Shown here piece by piece: positions 1 through 6,273 of a stretch of DNA of 32,000 nt; within the stretch, counting starts at the first letter, position 1; every line of letters begins with the position of its first letter. The stretch is from Candidatus Omnitrophota bacterium. GTDB taxonomy: Bacteria > Omnitrophota > Gorgyraeia > Duberdicusellales > 4484-171. Under the pieces are notes generated by a model that was not told where the DNA came from, ran no database searches, and worked only from the letters and a program-made list of their open reading frames with translations. Position numbers and translations under genes: made by a program. Where the stretch lies: contig JAIPHU010000013.1 in the NCBI GenBank assembly GCA_021735045.1, positions 1 through 32,000 on the forward strand, read 5' to 3'.

Positions 1-2
1 AA

Positions 3-164
3 CTATCTAATAACCCTAAACCGGTTGGGTCACAAAAACTATCAAATTATAACTTATACCGCATACGCCAAGGAAATTATCGAGTAGTGTATTTTATAGA
101 CAACAAAAAACTTGAAATACAAATATTTAAAATCGGCCACAGAAAAGATATATATAAATTCTAA
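3..164 (+). CDS. RelE/ParE-family type II toxin, C-terminal part (5' end outside window)
   Basis: Frame 3 is open from the window edge and reads NPKPVGSQKLSNYNLYRIRQGNYRVVYFIDNKKLEIQIFKIGHRKDIYKF*. This carries the YRIR.G.YR..Y......L.I..IGHRKD.Y signature of RelE/ParE toxins. The stop TAA at 162-164 lies inside the first attC-like site. Confidence 0.7.
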   Translation, partial: LSNNPKPVGSQKLSNYNLYRIRQGNYRVVYFIDNKKLEIQIFKIGHRKDIYKF

Positions 165-237
165 CAACTCATTCGAGCGAGACCTCGCCCGCCAGCTTTC
201 GGCTGTGGAGGCGGGCAGCTCAATTCGAATGTTATGT
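159..237 (+). repeat. attC-like site 1
   Basis: The 5' end is TTCTAAC followed by AACTCATTCGAGC, and the 3' end is GCTCAATTCGAAT followed by GTTATGT (231-237). The GC-rich centre pairs GCCCGC with GCGGGC and CAGC with GCTG. ATT(C)GAGC pairs with GCTCAAT, leaving one extrahelical C on the 5' arm. Confidence 0.6.
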
Positions 238-264
238 GTAAAAAATAATTAAAAAAGGGGTGTC

Positions 265-1488
265 ATGAAAAAAATAATCACACTTATCCTTTTTTCACTA
301 CTTGTTTTACCTTCCTTTGCCGAAAACATCCAACTAAAATCAGGAAAAACTATAGAAGGAAAAATTATAGAAAAAACCAATTCATATATAAAAGTAGATA
401 CCAGTCTAGAAATACCTATAACTTATTACTTTGATGATATAGAAACTATTTATGAAAATACCAACCATGCAAAAAAAATATTAATAAACAATAAAGATAG
501 CAAAGAATTTTCAAAAGTAGAAAGAAAAATCTTTACAATTTCTAAAAATTTTATCATACAGGTATATCAATGTGAAAATTACAAACAATATCAACAAGTA
601 GTGCATGATTTTTGTTCACAAAAATTTATAGATGATTCCAAATCGAGACGTTCCGGGATGCCTGCTATTGAGCATAAAAAATATTATCCAAAATTCAAAA
701 CATGGAAAAAGTATGGAATTTATCCGAAACAATTGAATATTAAAAATATAAAATTTAACGATAAAAACAACAGGGCCCTAATTACTTATCATTATAAAGA
801 AAAAGGTCTTGTCGCTAAAAATATTGAAGATAGTAAAATTGACATAGATATTAAATATGATATTGGATTAATCAAACAAAAAGAATTTTGGAAAATAGAT
901 ACAGCTGAATTAGTGCAGAACGTTACAGAATATACCCAGAGAAATGATAGTGATACTGAAAATGATTGTTTCAAAAAAGCTCAAAAAATTGGAATAAAGG
1001 GCAGTAAATATCAACAAAGCAGCCAATTTAACAAAGCTCTTAGCTATTACCAAAAAGCCCTCAATACACTTAAAGACTGTTATCCTTTAAGTAAAACAAA
1101 CAGTCGAAAAGTTACAGGCCTTTATGGAAGTCTTTATCTAGGAATGGCTAGCATGCATATAGTTTTGGGAGAAGAAGAAAAAGGAATTAAAATTTGTAAA
1201 GAAGCTGTAAATAAATTTCCGCGTATGGCTAATGCATATTACAATATTATGGTAGGTGCTTATATTAAATTAGGTAAAACTCAGGAAGCTATAATATTTT
1301 GTAAAACATCCATTAAAAATAATCCTAACGACTGGCTTCCTTATTCTACACTTGGTAAATTATACTATCGTCTTGGAGATTATAAAAAGGCAAAAAATAA
1401 TCTGCAAAAAGCTTTCGATCTTAGTTCTAAAAAAGGAGAAATATCTATAAGCCAAGATATAAAAAGAATTTTAAATACTATACCTTAA
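265..1488 (+). CDS. Secreted protein with C-terminal TPR repeats (cassette ORF)
   Basis: 407-aa ORF with an N-terminal signal peptide (MKKIITLILFSLLVLPSFA). TPR-like repeats occupy the last ~170 aa (ALSYYQKAL, NAYYNIMVGAYIKLGKTQEAI, YSTLGKLYYRLGDYKKA). An AAGGGG Shine-Dalgarno (SD) motif precedes the ATG. Confidence 0.75.
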   Translation: MKKIITLILFSLLVLPSFAENIQLKSGKTIEGKIIEKTNSYIKVDTSLEIPITYYFDDIETIYENTNHAKKILINNKDSKEFSKVERKIFTISKNFIIQVYQCENYKQYQQVVHDFCSQKFIDDSKSRRSGMPAIEHKKYYPKFKTWKKYGIYPKQLNIKNIKFNDKNNRALITYHYKEKGLVAKNIEDSKIDIDIKYDIGLIKQKEFWKIDTAELVQNVTEYTQRNDSDTENDCFKKAQKIGIKGSKYQQSSQFNKALSYYQKALNTLKDCYPLSKTNSRKVTGLYGSLYLGMASMHIVLGEEEKGIKICKEAVNKFPRMANAYYNIMVGAYIKLGKTQEAIIFCKTSIKNNPNDWLPYSTLGKLYYRLGDYKKAKNNLQKAFDLSSKKGEISISQDIKRILNTIP

Positions 1489-1544
1489 CTTTTATTTTTT
1501 AATGAAAATAAAATAATAACAATAATAAAATTTAATCAATTAAA

Positions 1545-1619
1545 CATATAAAAATTCACTCCACCTGATCTTCGCAGCGCGCTTCTTGAAGCTCGGGCAG
1601 GTGAGTTCGAATGTTAGGT
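1545..1619 (+). repeat. attC-like site 2 (5' core degenerate)
   Basis: The 3' end is GAGTTCGAAT followed by GTTAGGT (1613-1619), an exact GTTRRRY. ACTC(C)ACCTG pairs with CAGGTGAGT, leaving an extrahelical C. The centre contains CTTC...GAAG and the palindrome AGCGCGCT. The 5' core reads CATATAAAA instead of ACATAACAA. Confidence 0.55.
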
Positions 1620-1645
1620 GTAAAGAATAAATTAAAAGGAGAATT

Positions 1646-2209
1646 ATGAAAAAGAAGAAGCCAATTGGAATTAATATTCTCGGGTGGTTGCTTGTTATTT
1701 CTGGAATTATTATGATTTTAAGGTTTATAAATGGAACTCAGATAAAAGTATTTAAGAATATAGAAGTCGTGAATTTCAAAAACATGTTTTACTATTGGTG
1801 GAATAGTTTATCTCCAATCGTTGGTCTTATTGCGGGCATAGCACTGATAAAATCAAAAAAATGGGGAAGGAACCTAGTTTTGATTTTGTTTGTTACCTCA
1901 ACTATTTTGGTTGTTGCGAACATGAAAAATAGATTTATCGAAACGAAGCAAAGTATTTTGGCAAGTGAGCAAGCTGACTTTGAGCAAAGGAAAAGCGAAA
2001 TTGAAAAAAAATATAAGCCAGACCAACAAGAAGAATCTATCGAGCAACTAAAACAAATATATCAAAAAAGAGAGAGAATGTTGCCGGTTATAGGTGGCGT
2101 TCTTTTTGGCATGATTTTGTTATGGAATATGGTGTTTCTTGTATATTTCTTCCGACCTAAAATAAGAAGATATTTTGAAGAGGGTGAGAAGCAATTTGGA
2201 GGAACATAG
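1646..2209 (+). CDS. Multi-pass membrane protein of unknown function (cassette ORF)
   Basis: 187-aa ORF with AAGGAG 7 nt upstream. Hydrophobic segments lie at the N terminus, centre and C terminus, around a charged E/K/Q-rich stretch. Confidence 0.7.
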   Translation: MKKKKPIGINILGWLLVISGIIMILRFINGTQIKVFKNIEVVNFKNMFYYWWNSLSPIVGLIAGIALIKSKKWGRNLVLILFVTSTILVVANMKNRFIETKQSILASEQADFEQRKSEIEKKYKPDQQEESIEQLKQIYQKRERMLPVIGGVLFGMILLWNMVFLVYFFRPKIRRYFEEGEKQFGGT

Positions 2210-2228
2210 AAGTAAAGACAATAAAGGC

Positions 2229-2324
2229 ACCTAACCAATCGCTGAAGCCAATCGGGAACTCGCGCATTTTTTAAGCCAAATACCGCTTAGACCGTTCCCT
2301 CTGGCTTAGCTCTATATGCTATGT
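2229..2324 (+). repeat. attC-like site 3 (divergent subtype)
   Basis: ACCTAAC (2229-2235) is an exact RYYYAAC. GCT(G)AAGCC pairs with GGCTTAGC, leaving one extrahelical G. GGGAAC pairs with GTTCCC. The 3' core is GCTATGT (2318-2324), one mismatch from GTTATGT. Read on the minus strand, the element ends in GTTAGGT. Confidence 0.45.
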
Positions 2325-3013
2325 ATAAATTAAAAAAAATATTTATTACGTTTACAGTAACCTTATTAGCTTGTACTGTTTTATCTCAATCAAAGATTCT
2401 TTCTGCTGAAGTCGATTTTTTAAAATATGACAACGAAAGAGTACAGCTTGATATATATAATCCCGGCAAAAGCTATTGCCCTGTTGTAATCTTAATTCAC
2501 GGAGCAGCTGGTATAGAAGGAGACAGAGCTATTCGATATAAAAGATTCGCTACTGATCTTATGAAAAAGGGAATTATTGCAATAAATGTCCATTACTTTG
2601 ACAGCAGTAAAAGAAGTTGGCTCAAAACGATTGCCAAAACCATTGATTATATTAAAAATATTCACAATGCTAATCCAAGAAAAATCGGATTAATAGGGTA
2701 CTCTCTAGGGGGGACCATTGCCCTTAAAGTAGCATCGTTGGATAATAGAATAAAATTACTAGTGATTAATTCAGGCTATATGCCTAGAAATTTTACTAAA
2801 AAAGATGCAGTAAATTTGCCTGAAACCTATGTACTAGCCGGAACCAAAGATAACGCTATTAATACTTTATATCAATTACAAAGGTGGTTTAAGGAGTTTA
2901 ATAAACCTTTTACAGCTAAAATTAATAAAGGATACGGGCATAGCATCCCGCTAGCAATGTTTTGGGACAATTGGGAAACAATTGTATCATTTGTAGCTGA
3001 TAGATTTAGATAA
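2321..3013 (+). CDS. Secreted alpha/beta-hydrolase (esterase / dienelactone-hydrolase-like; cassette ORF)
   Basis: 230-aa ORF with a signal peptide. It has the nucleophile elbow GYSLGG, a VILIHGAAG oxyanion-type segment, and C-terminal GTKDN and GYGHS segments consistent with an Asp/His catalytic pair. Confidence 0.75.
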   Translation: MYKLKKIFITFTVTLLACTVLSQSKILSAEVDFLKYDNERVQLDIYNPGKSYCPVVILIHGAAGIEGDRAIRYKRFATDLMKKGIIAINVHYFDSSKRSWLKTIAKTIDYIKNIHNANPRKIGLIGYSLGGTIALKVASLDNRIKLLVINSGYMPRNFTKKDAVNLPETYVLAGTKDNAINTLYQLQRWFKEFNKPFTAKINKGYGHSIPLAMFWDNWETIVSFVADRFR

Positions 3014-3026
3014 AATATTAATAAAT

Positions 3027-3123
3027 ACATAACAACTCACTCCAGCGGACCCAACTTCGCCCTAGATGGAGTTGGGGACAGTTCCTACGAGCTACGTAGG
3101 GCAGCTCAATTCAAAGGTTATGT
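3027..3123 (+). repeat. attC-like site 4
   Basis: ACATAAC (3027-3033) is the perfect reverse complement of GTTATGT (3117-3123). Internal GC-rich hairpins pair CCCAACT with AGTTGGG and CCTACG with CGTAGG. It shares the AACTCACTCCAGCGG 5' box with site 5. Confidence 0.6.
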
Positions 3124-3152
3124 GTATAAAATTGAATAAATAGGGGAAGAAA

Positions 3153-3992
3153 ATGAAAAGAATAGTGAGTTTAGTTTTAATACTTAACATAACCTTGTCT
3201 GTTTTTTGTACAGATGGTTTGGACAAGCAGTTGTTAGAAGTAGCCAAACAGGGAAATATCGCAGCGGTGAAAAAATTATTAGCTAACGGCGCAGATGTGG
3301 ATGCAAAAACTAAAGAAAATGTGACAGCATTGATGTGGGCAGCAGGAAAGGGCTATACTGAAACCGCTAAGATTTTATTAGCTGAAGGAGCAAACATCAA
3401 CGCTAAAGATCAATATGGTTTAACAGCCTTGATGGGGGCAGCACTTGGGAATGATCCTAAAACTGTAAAGGTTTTATTAGCTGAAGGAGCAAATGTTAAT
3501 GCTAGAACTAAAGAAGACCTGACAGCATTGATGTTGGCAGCAGGAAAGGGCTATACTGAAACCGCTAAAGTTTTATTAGCTGAAGGAGCAAATACTAATG
3601 CGAAAAATAAAAACGATGTGACAGCCTTGATGCTTGCGACACTTCGGGGTCATCCTGAAACCGCTAAGGTTTTATTAGCTGAAGGAGCAAATGTGAATGC
3701 GAAAGCTAAAAATGGTAGAACAGCCTTGATGGGGGCGGCACTTAATGGTCATACTAAAATCGTCAAGATTTTGCTTTCCGAAGGAGCAAATGTGAATACC
3801 AGAACTAAAAATGATGTGACAGCCTTGATGCAGGCAGCATTTGGTGGTCATCTTGAAACCGCTAAAGCTTTGTTGGCCAAAGGCGCAACTGTTCACATAA
3901 GAGCTAAAAATGGTAAGACAGCATTAATGTGGGCAGCAGCTAAAGGACATATAAAAATAGTAAACTTACTCAAAAAACACGGGGGCCCATAA
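3153..3992 (+). CDS. Secreted ankyrin-repeat protein (cassette ORF)
   Basis: 279-aa ORF with a signal peptide followed by about eight 33-aa ANK units (TALM.AA..G....AK.LLAEGANVNAK). The 99-nt periodicity is visible at DNA level. Confidence 0.9.
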   Translation: MKRIVSLVLILNITLSVFCTDGLDKQLLEVAKQGNIAAVKKLLANGADVDAKTKENVTALMWAAGKGYTETAKILLAEGANINAKDQYGLTALMGAALGNDPKTVKVLLAEGANVNARTKEDLTALMLAAGKGYTETAKVLLAEGANTNAKNKNDVTALMLATLRGHPETAKVLLAEGANVNAKAKNGRTALMGAALNGHTKIVKILLSEGANVNTRTKNDVTALMQAAFGGHLETAKALLAKGATVHIRAKNGKTALMWAAAKGHIKIVNLLKKHGGP

Positions 3993-4050
3993 ACAGAAGT
4001 AGGGATAGTTTTCTATTGAATAGGAACAATAAAAGGAAGAAAAAATAACC

Positions 4051-4135
4051 ACACAACAACTCACTCCAGCGGATCTAAAACCGCGGCCTTTTAGGCTTGC
4101 GGACGGTTTTCGGCCGCTGAGTTCGAATGTTATGT
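4051..4135 (+). repeat. attC-like site 5
   Basis: The 5' end is ACACAAC, then AACTC, ACTC and CAGCGG. The 3' end is CCGCTG, AGTT, CGAAT and GTTATGT (4129-4135). CAGCGG pairs with CCGCTG, and AACT with AGTT. The centre pairs CCGCGGCC with GGCCGC and is GC-rich. Confidence 0.6.
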
Positions 4136-4165
4136 GTAAGAAATAAATAAAAAAGGAGGAGATGA

Positions 4166-4741
4166 ATGAGTGAAACTCAGAAAAAAACTTTGGGCATGGC
4201 AATAGCTAGTTTAGTTTTTGGATGTTTGATTCTTATCCCTATTTTAAACATACCCTTTGCTATAACTGCTATTATCTTAGGAATTATTGCTTTAAATAAA
4301 ATTTCTAGTAATAAAGATACTTTAAAAGGTAGAGGTTTAGCCATCTCTGGCATTGTTCTTGGTGGTGTAGGAATTGTTTTAATTCCCATAATTGCAATGC
4401 TTGCTGCAATAGCTATACCAAATCTTTTAAGGACAAGGATGAATGCCGGTGAAGCCAACGCAAAAGCAACCCTACGAATACTTTCAACAGCTGCTGAAAG
4501 TTATGCTGCAGCCAACAATGGAGAATATCCTTTTTCTGCATACAGTTTAACCTCAGCAGAACCACCATACCTTAATGAAAATTATACATCCGGCACCCAT
4601 CAAGGATATAAGTTTAGTTGTGAATTTGACTCCAATAGTTATGAATGTGTAGCTATTCCTGAAAATTGTGGTACTACAGGAACTGAAATATATACTATAG
4701 AAAAAGGAGGAATACTTTCAGAAACTGATTGTGCAAATTAA
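4166..4741 (+). CDS. Membrane protein: DUF4190-like N-terminal TM hairpin fused to a type IV pilin-like domain (cassette ORF)
   Basis: 191-aa ORF with AAGGAGGAG upstream. Two or three TM segments are followed by LAAIAIPNLLRTRMNAGEANAKATLRILSTAAESYAAANNGEYP. This is the alpha-1 helix signature of type IV pilins/pseudopilins, but without the G/FTLIE prepilin cleavage motif. Confidence 0.7.
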   Translation: MSETQKKTLGMAIASLVFGCLILIPILNIPFAITAIILGIIALNKISSNKDTLKGRGLAISGIVLGGVGIVLIPIIAMLAAIAIPNLLRTRMNAGEANAKATLRILSTAAESYAAANNGEYPFSAYSLTSAEPPYLNENYTSGTHQGYKFSCEFDSNSYECVAIPENCGTTGTEIYTIEKGGILSETDCAN

Positions 4742-4763
4742 TAAAAAAATTATAAATAAACCC

Positions 4764-4942
4764 AGATAACAACTCATTCGGGCGAACTGAACTAAGGGGA
4801 CGTTTCCCTCGTTTACAACCCTTTACCGGCCAATGAATTATAAACTGGCATTTTACACTATTTGCGAAAAACACTGTTTTATAAGTTATTTATTTGCAGT
4901 GACTTATAACAGAGGGAAACGCCCCCTCTTGATCGATTATAG
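4764..4942 (+). repeat. Terminal, long and degenerate attC-like element at the array/core boundary
   Basis: The 5' end AGATAAC plus AACTCATTCGGGCG matches the family. A 15-bp inverted repeat pairs GGGGACGTTTCCCTC (4796-4810) with GAGGGAAACGCCCCC (4912-4926), with one mismatch, and encloses an AT-rich ~100-nt loop. The 3' end TTGATCGAT plus TATAGAT only loosely resembles GAGTTCGAAT plus GTTATGT. Confidence 0.4.
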
Positions 4943-4969
4943 ATGCATAATGAATAAATTTAGATAAAA

Positions 4970-5407
4970 ATGAAAGTATTAATTAATCGAATAAATAAAG
5001 GTAAAGTAGAAGTAGCAAAAGAAGTTATTGCTTCGATCGATAAAGGTTTGGCCGTATTTGTGGGGATTGAAGCTGGTAATACCGAATCAAACCTTGTTAC
5101 TGCTGCAAAAAAGATTGTAAATATAAGGATATTTGAAGATAAAACTGGTAAGATGTCTAGATCGGTTAAACAAGCAGGGCTCCCGGTGCTTTGTATCCCT
5201 AATTTTACTCTTTGTGCTTCAACAGAAAAAGGAAGGCGGCCATCTTTTGAAAAAGCAATGAAACCAGAAAAAGCCAAAAAATTATTTGATAAATTCTTAA
5301 ATTTACTTCATAATGAATTAGATAATATTCAGTCGGGAATATTTGGAGCCCATATGGATATAAAGTTAGAACTCGATGGCCCAGTAAACATTATATTAGA
5401 AATATAA
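4970..5407 (+). CDS. dtd: D-aminoacyl-tRNA deacylase
   Basis: 145 aa. It carries VNIRIFEDKTGKM, NFTLCASTEKGRRPSF and GIFGAHMDIKLELDGPVNIILE, which match the conserved Dtd blocks (NLRIF.D..GKMN, QFTL.A....G.RPSF, G.FGA.M.V.L.NDGPVT). Confidence 0.85.
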   Translation: MKVLINRINKGKVEVAKEVIASIDKGLAVFVGIEAGNTESNLVTAAKKIVNIRIFEDKTGKMSRSVKQAGLPVLCIPNFTLCASTEKGRRPSFEKAMKPEKAKKLFDKFLNLLHNELDNIQSGIFGAHMDIKLELDGPVNIILEI

Positions 5408-5415
5408 TAAAAGCA

Positions 5416-5492
5416 CCGAAGGACGAAGAACGACGGATGAAAAGACGAAATCGTCTATCGTCTTAGCGAAGCGAACGTCTCTCGTCTCTCGG
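5416..5492. repeat. Imperfect 77-nt palindrome built from ACGA / TCGTCT units
   Basis: The left arm CCGAAGGACGAAGAACGACGG faces the right arm GAACGTCTCTCGTCTCTCGG. A central perfect hairpin reads AGACGA-aa-TCGTCT (5443-5456). The element is a GC-richer island in the dtd-lgt spacer, and no T-tract follows it. Confidence 0.4.
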
Positions 5493-5512
5493 AACAAAGC
5501 TAAAAACCAGAT

Positions 5513-6265
5513 ATGCATCCGATCCTTTTTAAAATTGGCCCAATCACAATTTATACTTATGGATTTTTTATATTCCTGGGAGTATTATCCGGCTATCTTG
5601 TTTCTAAAAAAAGAGCTCAAGAAGTTGGTATAAAAAAAGAATTTTTTTCTAATATATTTTTCTGGACATTAATCATCGGCTTTCTGGGAGCAAGAATTTT
5701 TTATATTTTTGTTAACTGGCAAATTTTTATCAAAGCTCCTTTGACCATAGCTTTAAGCCGAAGTGGATTTGTTTTTTACGGAGGAGTGGTCTTTGGCCTA
5801 CTTAGCATCTTTGTTTTTGCTAAAAAATATAAAATTGAATTTTTAAAAATTACCGACATCTTTGCATTAATTATCCCCTTAGCTCACAGCCTGGGAAGAT
5901 TGGGATGCTTTTTTTATGGTTGCTGTTACGGATTGCCCACTCAATCATTTTTAGGAATTAAATTCCCTATTGAATCACCAGCTGGCAGATTAGAAACAAC
6001 GGTCATACCAACTCAATTAATTTCAGCTGGTTTTTTATTTATTTTATTTTTATTTTTGTTTACATTCAGAAATAAAATAAACAAAATTGGTAGCCTCAGC
6101 AGTTATTACCTTTTGATCTATTCTTCATTTAGATTTATTATCGAATTCTTCCGAGGTGACCCAAGAGGATTCTTCCTTATTTTTTCAACTTCTCAATGGA
6201 TATCTCTTATTCTAATTTTTTTAGCAATCATAATTTTAGGCAAAAAACGATCAAACTATAATTAA
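5513..6265 (+). CDS. lgt: Prolipoprotein diacylglyceryl transferase
   Basis: 250-aa polytopic membrane protein with the Lgt-type blocks YGFFIFLGVL, GARIFY, FYGGV, GRLGCFFYGCCYG and PTQL. Confidence 0.85.
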   Translation: MHPILFKIGPITIYTYGFFIFLGVLSGYLVSKKRAQEVGIKKEFFSNIFFWTLIIGFLGARIFYIFVNWQIFIKAPLTIALSRSGFVFYGGVVFGLLSIFVFAKKYKIEFLKITDIFALIIPLAHSLGRLGCFFYGCCYGLPTQSFLGIKFPIESPAGRLETTVIPTQLISAGFLFILFLFLFTFRNKINKIGSLSSYYLLIYSSFRFIIEFFRGDPRGFFLIFSTSQWISLILIFLAIIILGKKRSNYN

Positions 6266-6273
6266 TTTTTAAA

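Larger units (their letters stand above)
1..4942 (+). mobile_element. Integron-type gene-cassette array, distal part; no integrase in window
   Basis: Six co-oriented single-ORF units are each followed by a structured GC-rich repeat with RYYYAAC-like 5' and GTTRRRY-like 3' termini. Unit lengths between successive GTT sites are about 1380, 705, 800, 1010 and 810 bp. The ORF content is unrelated and typical of cassettes (toxin, secreted and membrane proteins). The array ends directly before the core gene dtd. Confidence 0.6.

Noticed and set aside
159-4135. The same elements might be simple Rho-independent terminators or a riboswitch / 5'-UTR RNA family.
   Set aside because: No T-tract follows the stems. 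The central sequence is not conserved, unlike a ligand-binding core. The conserved parts are exactly the complementary RYYYAAC/GTTRRRY-type ends. A secondary role as an RNA structure cannot be excluded.
4177-4458. Minus-strand ORFs embedded in + strand genes: 792-974, 3675-3896, 3966-4202, 4177-4458, 4960-5277, 9168-9365, 9938-10255, 16454-16651, 17380-17676, 20506-20754, 20875-21060, 21395-21589, 22059-22331, 22771-22968, 25504-25704, 25795-26013, 26681-26938, 27353-27556, 27766-28047, 28302-28514, 28817-29020, 30135-30350, 30576-30803 and 31534-31719.
   Set aside because: All are short shadow ORFs fully overlapped by longer + strand genes with recognisable family motifs. Their low-complexity composition is typical of antisense frames in AT-rich DNA.
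159-4942. The regularly recurring GC-rich repeats could suggest a CRISPR array.
   Set aside because: The repeats are 75-180 nt long, are imperfect hairpins with variable centres, and are separated by 0.7-1.4 kb units that each contain a full ORF with an SD. This is not a 25-40 nt repeat/spacer lattice.
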